Sequence record: SRR31156797_13762
Direction: 5' to 3' (one strand)
Length of the DNA stretch: 43,999 nt
A model generated the notes under the pieces. That model did not search any database and had not been told where the DNA came from. It saw only the letters and a program-made list of their open reading frames with translations. A program made the position numbers and the translations under genes. This document shows, in pieces, positions 8,206 to 17,811 of this stretch (its first letter is position 1; the number at the start of each line of letters is the position of its first letter).

Positions 8206-9828
8206 ATGCATCTTGACCCGCTCATCATTTTTTTTGCTTTTGGCTTCGGCTATCTGGCAAGCCGGGTCGGCCTACCTCCACTGGTAGGATATCTTGTCGC
8301 AGGTTTTGCGCTCTCAACTCAGGGGTATACTTCCGGGCCTGTCATTCAAGAAATAGCCGACATAGGCGTTACAATCCTGCTCTTCACCATCGGTCTTAAA
8401 CTCAAAATCAGGAATCTCCTCAAGCCCGAAGTCTGGGCCGGGGCATCCCTGCACATGCTCATCACCGTGACTTTGTTCTCGGCAGGGTTAATGGGATTGG
8501 CCGCAACAGGCATAACATTCTTTGCCGGGCTGGACTTGAAAACAGCATTACTCATCGCCTTTGCCCTCAGCTTCTCCTCCACGGTTTTCGCCGTAAAAAT
8601 CCTTGAAGAAAGCGGACGATCCTCTTCACTCAACGGCAGAACCGCCATCGGCGTTCTGATAATTCAAGATGTTTTTGCGGTACTTTTTCTTACTTTTTCC
8701 ACGGGCAAAATTCCGTCAATATGGGCGATTGTCGTTATCGGAGCACTCCCCATAGCCCGTTGGTTGTTCATGCGTATACTCAACCGAATAGGCCATGGAG
8801 AGCTCCAGGTTCTGTTCGGTTTCTTCCTGGCTTTTGTAGCCGGGGCATGGGCCTTTGACCTCGTCGGGCTCAAGGCGGACCTCGGCGCACTCATCATGGG
8901 TATGCTGCTCGCACCACATGCACGGGCCAGTGACCTTGCGTCATCGCTCTATTCTATCAAGGACTTCCTGCTGGTCGGGTTCTTCCTTGAAATAGGACTG
9001 GCGGGGTTGCCTTCTCTCAACACGCTGAATGCAGCACTTCTGCTCGTCATGGCCGCCCCCATCAAGGTTGCACTCTTTTTCTTCCTGTTCACCCGGTTCC
9101 GCATGAAGGCGCGGACAAGCCTTATCACCTCCCTGAATCTGGCCAACTACAGCGAATTTGGTCTGATCGTCGGAGGATTGGCCGTTGCCAATGGCTGGCT
9201 CGAACGCGACTGGCTCCTCGCCATTGCCGTAGCCCTGTCCATTTCGTTCGTCATAGCCTCGCCTTTCAACAAGATGGCTGACACCATTTTCGAGAAAGTG
9301 CGCCTTCTCTTAAAGCAATTTGAAACCGAGGAACGCCACCCGGATGAAGAACAGTACGATGCCGGGACCTGGCAAATCGTCGTTCTAGGGATGGGACGTG
9401 TTGGAGCCGGTGCATACGACTATTTCACTGAAAAATTCGGTCCAGTGGTACTTGGTATTGATTTCAATGCGGACACCGTGGACACCTTATTGGAAAATGG
9501 GAAACAGGTTGGTCTCGCCGACGTTTCTGACCCGGATTTCTGGCACAAACTTCCCACATCAGGCGCAATGGTCAAACTGGTTGTTCTGACGATGCCCAAT
9601 CTCGCCTCGCAACTCTATGCCGTAAAAAAGCTCAAAGAACGAGGTTTCCCGGGCCAAATCGCTGCCATGGCGACGTATGATGACGAAGTCGAAATCCTCC
9701 GCGAAGCCGGAGTCAGCACATCCTTCAATGTCTTTGCCGAAGCAGGTTTCGGTCTCGGCTCACACATTTGCAAGGAAATGGATATCTCCGACATCAAATC
9801 AATGAGACAAGAAAAAGAAGACGCCTGA
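8206..9828 (+). CDS. CPA2/Kef-type cation:proton antiporter with C-terminal TrkA-N (RCK) domain
   Basis: GLPPLVGYLVAG, LLFTIGLKL, ALSFSST, IGVLIIQD, SEFGLIV; C-terminal VVLGMGRVG. Confidence 0.92.
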   Translation: MHLDPLIIFFAFGFGYLASRVGLPPLVGYLVAGFALSTQGYTSGPVIQEIADIGVTILLFTIGLKLKIRNLLKPEVWAGASLHMLITVTLFSAGLMGLAATGITFFAGLDLKTALLIAFALSFSSTVFAVKILEESGRSSSLNGRTAIGVLIIQDVFAVLFLTFSTGKIPSIWAIVVIGALPIARWLFMRILNRIGHGELQVLFGFFLAFVAGAWAFDLVGLKADLGALIMGMLLAPHARASDLASSLYSIKDFLLVGFFLEIGLAGLPSLNTLNAALLLVMAAPIKVALFFFLFTRFRMKARTSLITSLNLANYSEFGLIVGGLAVANGWLERDWLLAIAVALSISFVIASPFNKMADTIFEKVRLLLKQFETEERHPDEEQYDAGTWQIVVLGMGRVGAGAYDYFTEKFGPVVLGIDFNADTVDTLLENGKQVGLADVSDPDFWHKLPTSGAMVKLVVLTMPNLASQLYAVKKLKERGFPGQIAAMATYDDEVEILREAGVSTSFNVFAEAGFGLGSHICKEMDISDIKSMRQEKEDA

Positions 9829-9921
9829 CAACTCCGTCCCCGTATACATGTGCAACCGGTGCACACGGTTGCCGTCGAAGCCGACATTGGATAGAGGTCC
9901 CTGAAACCAGACAGGCACTTC

Positions 9922-10899
9922 ATGAAAAATATTTCTCCGATTCGTTTCCGTCTTATTGTTCAGACCACATTCACACTCTTTTGCATCTATGTCGGATTCC
10001 GCTTTGCCGCCTTCCTCGCATGGGCAAACGGATTGTCTAACACTTTTGTCCCCAAACCGGGTGCCGTGGAAGGATTCCTGCCCATCAGCGCTCTGCTCGG
10101 CTTTCGCCGATTCATAACCACTGGTGAATGGGACAGCATCCATCCAGCAGGATTATCCATCTTCATCGCGGCCTTGCTCATGGCTTTTCTTTTCCGCAAG
10201 GGATTCTGTGGTTATGTCTGCCCCATTGGTTTTATTTCGAGCCTCCTTGAGCGGGCCGGACGCAAACTGAACATTTCCACGACTCTGCCCAAATGGATCA
10301 ACATACCGTTGACCGGTATTAAATATCTGCTGCTCGGCGGATTCTGCTTTGCCATATTCTCCATGGATGCCCGCTCGCTGGAGGCATTCATCACAGGGCC
10401 GTACAACATGGTGTCCGATGCGAAAATGCTCGCATTCTTCACCAGTCCATCCGCCCTGTCACTGACCGTCATCGGGGTGCTTGCCATACTGAGCCTTGTT
10501 GTCCGCAACTTCTGGTGCCGTTACCTCTGTCCATATGGCGCACTACTCGGCCTGTTGGCATGGATCGGCCCGACCCACGTCAAACGGAACACCACCACCT
10601 GTATTGATTGCGGAAAATGCACGGCTCATTGCCCAGCCGGAATCAAAGTTCAAGACAAGAAAGTAGTTCGGTCGCCGGAATGTATTGGTTGTGCACAATG
10701 CATAGCAGAATGCCCCGTGGACGACTGCCTTTCGTTCTCCGTGGCGGGTCGCCAGCCCATTCCATGGCTAACCGTGGGCATCGGTTCCGTGGCTCTTCTA
10801 TTGCTGATCTGGGCGTGGGCAAAGGCCACCGGGCACTGGGACAGCGAAATGCCGTCCTTCATGCTCAAACGAATTTATACCATGGCCTTTGGAGCATAG
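9922..10899 (+). CDS. Membrane 4Fe-4S protein, NapH/MauN/YccM family
   Basis: FCGYVCP and WCRYLCP (CxxxCP) motifs, two CxxCxxCxxxCP ferredoxin motifs, several TM helices. Confidence 0.9.
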   Translation: MKNISPIRFRLIVQTTFTLFCIYVGFRFAAFLAWANGLSNTFVPKPGAVEGFLPISALLGFRRFITTGEWDSIHPAGLSIFIAALLMAFLFRKGFCGYVCPIGFISSLLERAGRKLNISTTLPKWINIPLTGIKYLLLGGFCFAIFSMDARSLEAFITGPYNMVSDAKMLAFFTSPSALSLTVIGVLAILSLVVRNFWCRYLCPYGALLGLLAWIGPTHVKRNTTTCIDCGKCTAHCPAGIKVQDKKVVRSPECIGCAQCIAECPVDDCLSFSVAGRQPIPWLTVGIGSVALLLLIWAWAKATGHWDSEMPSFMLKRIYTMAFGA

Positions 10900-10912
10900 A
10901 ATTATCGAAGGA

Positions 10913-11248
10913 TTACTCTGCGCACTCCACACAAAATGCTGTTTCAGGCATGGCTTTAAGTCGGGCCATGGGAATCGGCTCTTCGCATTCTGCACACAGA
11001 CCAAAATCCTCGTCTTCATCCACCCGCTTCAAGGCTTCCTTCAAGCGAACCAACCGGACCTTGCTCTTTGAGAGTTGAGCTTCGGCCACGGACTGATTAA
11101 CTATATTATCCATACGGGAAATGCGCCCGATAGCATTGTCTGGAGCCACAGGCTTGAGCAATTCCTTGAGTCGGGGGATCTCCGCTTTCAAGGCTTCGAT
11201 TTCTGCTTGAGCAAACACCTTAAATTCCTGCTTCTGCGCATCAGTCAT
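10913..11248 (-). CDS. TraR/DksA C4-type zinc-finger protein
   Basis: IGRISRMD coiled-coil tip; FGLCAECEEPIPMARLKAMPETAFCVEC. Confidence 0.92.
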   Translation of the reverse strand: MTDAQKQEFKVFAQAEIEALKAEIPRLKELLKPVAPDNAIGRISRMDNIVNQSVAEAQLSKSKVRLVRLKEALKRVDEDEDFGLCAECEEPIPMARLKAMPETAFCVECAE

Positions 11249-12405
11249 TGCCCCAACTCCCTTAATCTGTTCATAGCGTCCTCAAGAGCATCCATTTCCT
11301 TGGCAAAACAAAAACGGACCAAGGTCTCCCCAACCGGGCCGGAATAAAAAGCGGAACCGGGCACACAGGCCACGCCAGTCTTTTCCAACAAGTACAAGGC
11401 TCGCTCCTTGGCCGTTTCTCCCGGCAATGAAGTCACATCAGCCAGTGTATAATATGAGCCGTCCGGCACATGGGGCGTCAGCCCGATATCCCGCAGGGTG
11501 TCGCAAAACATATCCCGCTTGCTCTGATGATCATCAGATATACCTTGATAATACTCCGGCCCCAGCTCCTCCAACCCTTTGGCGGCACCTATCTGCAAGG
11601 GAGCGGGCGCACAGACATAGACCAAATCGCTGAAATGCCCGATTGGCAAAGCCCACTCAGGGTCGCAGATGGCATACCCAAGCCTCCAGCCTGTGATCGC
11701 AAAGACCTTGGACAGGCCTGAAATAGTGATCGTCCGCCGAGCCATGCCCGGAATAGTCGCAGGGCTAATGTGTTCGTGTCCGTCGAACACAAAGTGTTCA
11801 TAAATCTCATCGGTAAAAACAAAAATATCATGGGACTCGGCAAAGTCGGCAATGAGTTCCAGTTCCTTGCGGGAAAAGATCTTACCCGCAGGGTTGGCCG
11901 GTGTATTCAAAATCATGGCGCGGGTCTTTGATGTAACAGCCTGCTCCAAATATTCGGAGGTAAACTCCCAATTCGGCGGCTCCAGAATGACGGATACCGG
12001 TTTGATGCCCAACGAAGCCATGGTCACTATATGATAGCCATAGTATGGCTCGAAAACGATGACTTCGTCGCCCTCGTTAAGCAAAGCAAGGCAGGCTGCA
12101 TAGAATGCTCCCGTGGCTCCGGCAGAAGCAACCACCTGATTCTCCGGGTTCACATCCATACCGGCATATCGTTTCTGCTTGGCAGCTATAGCTTCACGGA
12201 ACCGGGGCAGCCCATCGAAACGGGTATAAATATTGGTGCCCGCCTTCATGGCTTCCTCTGCCCCCTTGATGACCACCTCCGGCACGGGCAGGTCACATAC
12301 ACCCTGTGCCAGGTTCACGCCGGACACTCGCGCGCATTCCAGCGTCATATTCCGGATTTCGGATTGGGCCACCAACGGTCTTCGCTTGCTCACTTTCAAC
12401 GTCAT
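11245..12405 (-). CDS. PLP-dependent aminotransferase, class I/II
   Basis: NLAQG, NTPANPAG, DEIYE, SGLSKVFAITGWRLGY, VRFCFA. Confidence 0.95.
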   Translation of the reverse strand: MTLKVSKRRPLVAQSEIRNMTLECARVSGVNLAQGVCDLPVPEVVIKGAEEAMKAGTNIYTRFDGLPRFREAIAAKQKRYAGMDVNPENQVVASAGATGAFYAACLALLNEGDEVIVFEPYYGYHIVTMASLGIKPVSVILEPPNWEFTSEYLEQAVTSKTRAMILNTPANPAGKIFSRKELELIADFAESHDIFVFTDEIYEHFVFDGHEHISPATIPGMARRTITISGLSKVFAITGWRLGYAICDPEWALPIGHFSDLVYVCAPAPLQIGAAKGLEELGPEYYQGISDDHQSKRDMFCDTLRDIGLTPHVPDGSYYTLADVTSLPGETAKERALYLLEKTGVACVPGSAFYSGPVGETLVRFCFAKEMDALEDAMNRLRELGQ

Positions 12406-12457
12406 GGGGTATTCTCTTCCTCATCCTCTGAATTTTTTACATGAAAGCACACTGTAT

Positions 12458-13207
12458 ATGACTTCACTCAGGAATAAAACCCTTGTCCTGACAGGCGCAT
12501 CCATGGGTATCGGCGCTGCCCTTGCCCGTGAACTGGCACATGATGGCGTCAACCTCGTCCTTGGAGCGCGCACCGAATCAAAACTGACAAAAACTCGCGA
12601 TGCATGCCGTGCACTCGGCATCAAAGCGGAATGTCTGGCTGGTGATGTATCCTCCTCCAACGTAGCTCAGGAGTTGATACAAACAGCCCATGAGCTCGGC
12701 AACTTTCATGGATTCATTCATGCCGCCGGAATTCTCGCACCCGGTCCAACGATCTGGGAAACCACCAAGACCCGATTCCGCGAAGTCATGAACGCTTCCG
12801 TCGATGCGGCCCACCAACTCATTCGCCATGCCACGCCTCTTCTTCTTGAACGAGGTGAAGGGTTGGCCGTTTTTTTCGGCTCCGGTGCGGCGGAACGCGC
12901 CCAACCCGGCATTGGGGCATATTGCACAGCCAAAGCCGCCGAAGAACATCTGGCCCGTCAATTAGCCGCTGAAGCTCCGGTCATCACCACTATCATTTGG
13001 CGACCGGGTATTGTGGAAACTCGGATGCAAAAAGATGCCAGGAACTCCACCGGAGGAAGTGCGGATCAACTCAAATCCGTCTTCAAACCATGGAAAAAAG
13101 ATGGACTTCTCATGACGCCCAAACAATCTGCGCGGGGCTTGGCCGACTTCCTCCACAATAACCCACAACGCTATCACGGCAAAATCGCGGATGTCCGAAA
13201 CATCTGA
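12458..13207 (+). CDS. SDR-family oxidoreductase
   Basis: TGASMGIG, HAAG, YCTAK (YxxxK), PGIVETRM; start at ATG 12458. Confidence 0.92.
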   Translation: MTSLRNKTLVLTGASMGIGAALARELAHDGVNLVLGARTESKLTKTRDACRALGIKAECLAGDVSSSNVAQELIQTAHELGNFHGFIHAAGILAPGPTIWETTKTRFREVMNASVDAAHQLIRHATPLLLERGEGLAVFFGSGAAERAQPGIGAYCTAKAAEEHLARQLAAEAPVITTIIWRPGIVETRMQKDARNSTGGSADQLKSVFKPWKKDGLLMTPKQSARGLADFLHNNPQRYHGKIADVRNI

Positions 13208-13285
13208 GGTTTTGTTGACGGAAACCCCCGGACCCCATATATCCTGATAGAGGAATCCAATCCATTATCCGTACAAGGAGATACC

Positions 13286-13837
13286 ATGAAAAAATGTGCA
13301 TACGCATTCTGTCTGCTTTTCATCTTCGGCCTGCTGACCGCCTGTGGAGGTGATGACGTTGCCGACGATCCGAATCTGTCTTCAGAGGCAAAAAACATTG
13401 TCGAAGAAATCGGTGGTCCTTTCTCCGATTCGGAATTCAAAAAATTTCTCGCAGACCTCCCGGATATCCCGAGCATGACCGCTCACTCCCAGCAAGACAT
13501 CGGAGAGGTCAGTGGGGCAGATTTGTCTGCCAAGATTCTTGCCGAAGTCAAAAGCAAAGGATGGAATGAAGAACGCTTCATGTACATATACAGCCATTCC
13601 ATGGCCATGGTGAATGTGGAACAAATCAACACCATGAACGAGCAGGTCAAAAAGCAGATGGAAGACATGCCGGAAGAGCAAAAGAAGATGATGGAACAGA
13701 TGTTGGACAAACAGATGGGCGGACAGATGGAAGCGTACAAGGCTGAAGTCGATAAACAAGTGCCAGCCTCTGAACAGGCTATCATTCGGGACAACATGGA
13801 AGCCCTGTACGCCGCATTCGGCCTGCCTCAGGAATGA
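13286..13837 (+). CDS. Hypothetical lipoprotein with Met/Gln-rich helical region
   Basis: Lipobox LTAC; AAGGAG RBS. Confidence 0.8.
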   Translation: MKKCAYAFCLLFIFGLLTACGGDDVADDPNLSSEAKNIVEEIGGPFSDSEFKKFLADLPDIPSMTAHSQQDIGEVSGADLSAKILAEVKSKGWNEERFMYIYSHSMAMVNVEQINTMNEQVKKQMEDMPEEQKKMMEQMLDKQMGGQMEAYKAEVDKQVPASEQAIIRDNMEALYAAFGLPQE

Positions 13838-13843
13838 TTCATA

Positions 13844-14788
13844 ATGATTGAACGACTCACCTTGTGGGGGTTGACTCCGGGCCGCCATATTCCTGATATA
13901 GAATTGCCCGGCAGCCCCCAGCGGTGCATGGGGCGTGCTCCAGTTGAAGACAGCGCTGGACGGGTGTGGGTGTTGGAGCATCTTCATCCAACCCAATTTG
14001 ACCGCCGTGAACGAATCGGCCGAGCCCTGTCCTTCCTCGAAGATACAGGATTCCCGGTACCCGCCTACCTCCCGGATCTCAACGGACATTTTGTGGCGGA
14101 ACATGGAAACGATCATTATCAACTCTCTCCGTTCATTCCCGGCACCCCTCTGCCACAACCGGAATTCATCGAAGACAAAGAACGGGGCCATAACCTCGGC
14201 GCCGTCCTTGCTGCATTGCATAACGCCGGTACGAATATCCGGGAATTCGACACTGAACCGCCGTTTGTTTTGGAAGACTATGTCAACGACCTCATGGCAA
14301 AGGTTGCACCTCGTCAACCGAAAATTCATGACGCACTGCTCCCGGTTCTTGATTCACTCGCTCCTCTTTTCGAAGCATGGGACGACCTACCTAAAGCATT
14401 GTGTCACGGAGATTTCCACCCGCTCAACACTATTTGGCGCGATCAGTCCGTTGCCGCAGTGATTGACTGGGAATTCATCGGAATCCGGCCCGCACTGTTC
14501 GACGTAGCCAACTGTCTCGGCTGTGTCGGGATTGAAGACCCACTGGCCCTCGTTCGCGGCCTGACTCCGGCACTACTCTCGACGCTTCAGGATACCGGTT
14601 GTCTTGAAAAAACGAACTTTGCCCTCTTGCCGGAACTCATCATCGGCATGCGGTTTGCCTGGATGTCTGAATGGCTCAGACGACACGACACCGAGATGAT
14701 CGATATTGAAATTAGTTACATACGCCTGCTTACCAACTCCATTGATTCCCTTCTTCCCGCTTGGAAAAACATCTTGGGGCAACCATGA
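13844..14788 (+). CDS. APH / type II homoserine kinase-like phosphotransferase
   Basis: Brenner motif CHGDFHPLN, VIDWE, LFDVA; LAALH helix. Confidence 0.85.
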   Translation: MIERLTLWGLTPGRHIPDIELPGSPQRCMGRAPVEDSAGRVWVLEHLHPTQFDRRERIGRALSFLEDTGFPVPAYLPDLNGHFVAEHGNDHYQLSPFIPGTPLPQPEFIEDKERGHNLGAVLAALHNAGTNIREFDTEPPFVLEDYVNDLMAKVAPRQPKIHDALLPVLDSLAPLFEAWDDLPKALCHGDFHPLNTIWRDQSVAAVIDWEFIGIRPALFDVANCLGCVGIEDPLALVRGLTPALLSTLQDTGCLEKTNFALLPELIIGMRFAWMSEWLRRHDTEMIDIEISYIRLLTNSIDSLLPAWKNILGQP

Positions 14789-16239
14789 TTTTTGACAACA
14801 CCTATGCTCGGCTCCCCAATCGATTCTTTCAAAGGATCAACCCCGTTGTTGTAGAAAAACCCAGCCTCATTCGCGTGAACACTCCGTTGGCGAAAGAACT
14901 CGGCCTTCCCCTCCCTGACAATCACCTTCAGTTGGCCGAACTTTTTTCCGGCAATGTACTCATGGAAGGCATGGAGCCGATAGCCCAAGCCTATGCAGGC
15001 CACCAGTTCGGAAACTTCGTCCATCAACTGGGAGATGGCCGTGCCGTACTTCTTGGGGAAATGATTTCAAAGCGAAGAAAACGGTTCGACATCCAGCTCA
15101 AAGGGTCCGGTCAAACCCCATTTTCACGAAGTGGCGATGGTCGCTCTCCGCTGGGACCCGTCATCCGGGAATACATATTGTCCGAAGCCATGCACACCCT
15201 CGGCATCCCCACCACCCGCGCATTGGCAATGGTTGCCACCGGGGAAACTGTTCACCGGGAAACGCCATTGCCCGGAGCAATCATGACACGTGTGGCCGCC
15301 AGTTTTATCAGAGTCGGAACCTTTGAATATTTTGCGGCAAGAAACGACGAAGGCGCGCTCAAGAAATTGGCTGACTACGCAATTCAACGCCACTATCCAG
15401 AAGCACTTGAAGCGGACAATCCATATGCGGCATTTTTCAGTGCCGTTTGTCATACACAGGCCGAACTGCTGGCCCAATGGATGTGTATAGGTTTCATTCA
15501 CGGAGTAATGAATACCGACAACACCACTATTTCCGGTGAGACCATCGACTACGGTCCATGCGCTTTCATGGACCAATATAACCCGGCTCAAGTCTTCAGC
15601 TCCATCGACCATCAGGGGCGATATGCCTATAACCAACAACCTCTCATAGCCCAATGGAACATGGGTTGCTTGGGCGGTTGTCTCATCCCGCTTCTGCACA
15701 CGGACGAACAAACTGCCCACAACCTCGGCGAAGATATCCTCGCTACATTCACTCCGGCCTTTGCTCACCATTACCGAACTGGTTTATGCGCAAAAATCGG
15801 CCTTTCAACAGAAAGCGATCGCGGATTCGCTCTCGTTAAACGACTGCTTGAAATCATGCATGAGAACCATGTGGATTTTACGGAATCATTCCGCATTCTA
15901 GGGAACTCAATCACGGACGCGGCACCATTTGAAGCGCTCTTTTCGTCTCGGAAAACAATTGTACAATGGATCGCGGAATGGCAGGAATTGCTGAATAAAG
16001 AAACACGGACCGAAAAAGAAATCAATCGTGCCATGCGTGCAACCAACCCCGCCTTCATTCCACGAAATCATCGCGTTGAAGAAGCGATTCGGGCAGCGGA
16101 AGATCGCGAGGATTTTTCCCCTACCCACAAATTGATCGAGATTTTAAGCACACCATACGCAGACCAGCCGGACCATCAGGAATACCGCACCCCGCCTGAA
16201 CCATCGGAGCGGATTCACCAAACATTTTGCGGCACCTGA
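14785..16239 (+). CDS. selO: Protein adenylyltransferase SelO (YdiU)
   Basis: YAGHQFG..QLGDGRA, QLKGSG.TPFSR.GDGR, GFIHGVMNTDN, IDYGP, C-terminal TFCGT; ATGA overlap with the kinase gene. Confidence 0.96.
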   Translation: MIFDNTYARLPNRFFQRINPVVVEKPSLIRVNTPLAKELGLPLPDNHLQLAELFSGNVLMEGMEPIAQAYAGHQFGNFVHQLGDGRAVLLGEMISKRRKRFDIQLKGSGQTPFSRSGDGRSPLGPVIREYILSEAMHTLGIPTTRALAMVATGETVHRETPLPGAIMTRVAASFIRVGTFEYFAARNDEGALKKLADYAIQRHYPEALEADNPYAAFFSAVCHTQAELLAQWMCIGFIHGVMNTDNTTISGETIDYGPCAFMDQYNPAQVFSSIDHQGRYAYNQQPLIAQWNMGCLGGCLIPLLHTDEQTAHNLGEDILATFTPAFAHHYRTGLCAKIGLSTESDRGFALVKRLLEIMHENHVDFTESFRILGNSITDAAPFEALFSSRKTIVQWIAEWQELLNKETRTEKEINRAMRATNPAFIPRNHRVEEAIRAAEDREDFSPTHKLIEILSTPYADQPDHQEYRTPPEPSERIHQTFCGT

Positions 16240-16393
16240 TTTCACAAAACAGGTCCACTTCTTATTTCCGGGATACTGGCTGTTGATTTAAAAACAGGGG
16301 CGGAAACCGCCTTCTGACGAGCAGGGCGATTTCCTGCACCGGCCAAAGAGTTACACCCTGTGGAACCCCACCTGTTGGCGCACTCATTTTGAC

Positions 16394-16425
16394 AAAAAAA
16401 AGCCGACCAAAGGGGCGGCTTTTTT
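16394..16425. terminator. Bidirectional intrinsic terminator between convergent genes
   Basis: AAAAAAAAGCCG-accaaagggg-CGGCTTTTTT. Confidence 0.8.
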
Positions 16426-16446
16426 CTGTATTCATAAAAAGATAAA

Positions 16447-17811
16447 TCAGTCGTCAAGTTCACTAGCCAAGGCGACAATCTCTTCGCGAATGATGCGAGC
16501 GGCCTCTTCTGGAACCATCTGGGCGATTTCGTCACGCAACCGTTTTTCCAGATCTTCAACACGAGACTCAAGCATGGCGACCTTGTCTTGCAATTCTGCC
16601 ACGGTGGCTTCACCTGCCTCGGAACGAACATCCACAAGCAGCTGATCAACGTCCACATCATCGGACACGTCATGTCCAGCATCAGGCGGCATGATCTCAG
16701 CGGCTAGGACATCATCCAAGTCTGCATCCAGATCAGAAATATCCATATCGTCATCTGTTTCAACGTCCACGACGTCGGACACATCGACTTCAACATTATC
16801 CAGCAAGCTGTCCACATCCTCAATAGCATCATCATCCAACGCATCCAGACCGGTCAATTCGCTGTCAGCCTCTTGAGCAGGTTTTTCGACCTTGCGAATG
16901 TCGGCAAACACATTCCCGGCCACAATCGCACTACTGTCTTCCTGTTCGGGTTCCGGCTCGGGCTCATCCATGATGGATTCGATGTCAGCCTCAGGCACAG
17001 CTTCCTCTACAGGAACTTCCGGTGCAGGCTCTTCAGCCAAGGCTACGTCCATCATGTCTTCGGGTTCAGGGGAAATTTCTTCAACCTCAGGTTCGGAAGC
17101 AGCCTCAGTTGCAGGCTCTTCTGTTTCCTCAAGAATCATTTCTTCGGCCATCTCTTCGACGAAATCCTCAGGGAGATCTTCGATTACATCAGAAGAGATT
17201 TCCTCAATGTTCGGTTCGGGAACAGCGTCCTCTTCAGCGTCTGAGGTTCCTTCTTCGAGCAGATCATCAAGTTCCAAAAGATCATCATCCGAATCATCCA
17301 CTTCCGCTACGAGATCATCCAACTCAATGGCATCTTCATCAGCTTCAGATTCAAGCTCCGGCTCATTCTCTTCAGCGATATCGTCTACCAAGGCTTCAAC
17401 CTCGGCTGCATTCTCGTCCGTCACTTCCTCAACAACATCGTCGAGCACCAGCGGTTCATCGACATCATCTTCTATGATGTCATCAAGCACGATTAACTCG
17501 TCATTATCTTCGACGCTGGCAACTGTTTCTGCCACAGTGTCGAGATCAATGATTTCATCCGCTTCTTCGGCAATGTCATCCAGCACGATAGGCTCGTCCT
17601 CCGCAACATCGTCGAGCAGAACCGGCCCGTCGTCGCTGTCAGCGGAGATATCATCATCCAGATCATCAGCAAAAAGATCTTCAAGCTCCTGCTCGAAATC
17701 AGCATCCACAGAATCTGGATCCAGCCCTTCATTTTCGGGCGCGGTATCGTTCAAGACGTCGCTTATATCAACATTCTTGTCGTTGGGGGAAGGCGGGGGA
17801 GCCGGGGTCAT
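16447..17811 (-). CDS. Highly acidic low-complexity protein with C-terminal coiled-coil/helical domain (PopZ/RomR-like layout)
   Basis: D/E/P-rich throughout, with almost no aromatic or basic residues; ends VAELQDKVAMLESRVEDLEKRLRDEIAQMVPEEAARIIREEI; GGAGG RBS. Confidence 0.85.
   Translation of the reverse strand: MTPAPPPSPNDKNVDISDVLNDTAPENEGLDPDSVDADFEQELEDLFADDLDDDISADSDDGPVLLDDVAEDEPIVLDDIAEEADEIIDLDTVAETVASVEDNDELIVLDDIIEDDVDEPLVLDDVVEEVTDENAAEVEALVDDIAEENEPELESEADEDAIELDDLVAEVDDSDDDLLELDDLLEEGTSDAEEDAVPEPNIEEISSDVIEDLPEDFVEEMAEEMILEETEEPATEAASEPEVEEISPEPEDMMDVALAEEPAPEVPVEEAVPEADIESIMDEPEPEPEQEDSSAIVAGNVFADIRKVEKPAQEADSELTGLDALDDDAIEDVDSLLDNVEVDVSDVVDVETDDDMDISDLDADLDDVLAAEIMPPDAGHDVSDDVDVDQLLVDVRSEAGEATVAELQDKVAMLESRVEDLEKRLRDEIAQMVPEEAARIIREEIVALASELDD

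Noticed and set aside
12233-12457. N-terminal ORF extensions in the track (SDR; also rimM, khpA, gpsA, cbiD, cbiET, cbiF, Dld-II)
   Set aside because: They overlap neighbouring genes or precede the family N-terminus. Downstream ATGs fit better.
16228-16317. Selenocysteine read-through of selO (C-G-T-TGA would give CxxU, with an open frame for 25 more codons)
   Set aside because: TFCGT is a normal bacterial SelO C-terminus, and its Cys aligns with the Sec/Cys of USS/CSS. There is no SECIS-like hairpin directly after the TGA.
16303-16345. Hammerhead ribozyme (CTGACGAG followed by a stem)
   Set aside because: The stem is followed by ACC, not GAAA. The upstream GAAA is only 7 nt away, too close to fit stems I and III.
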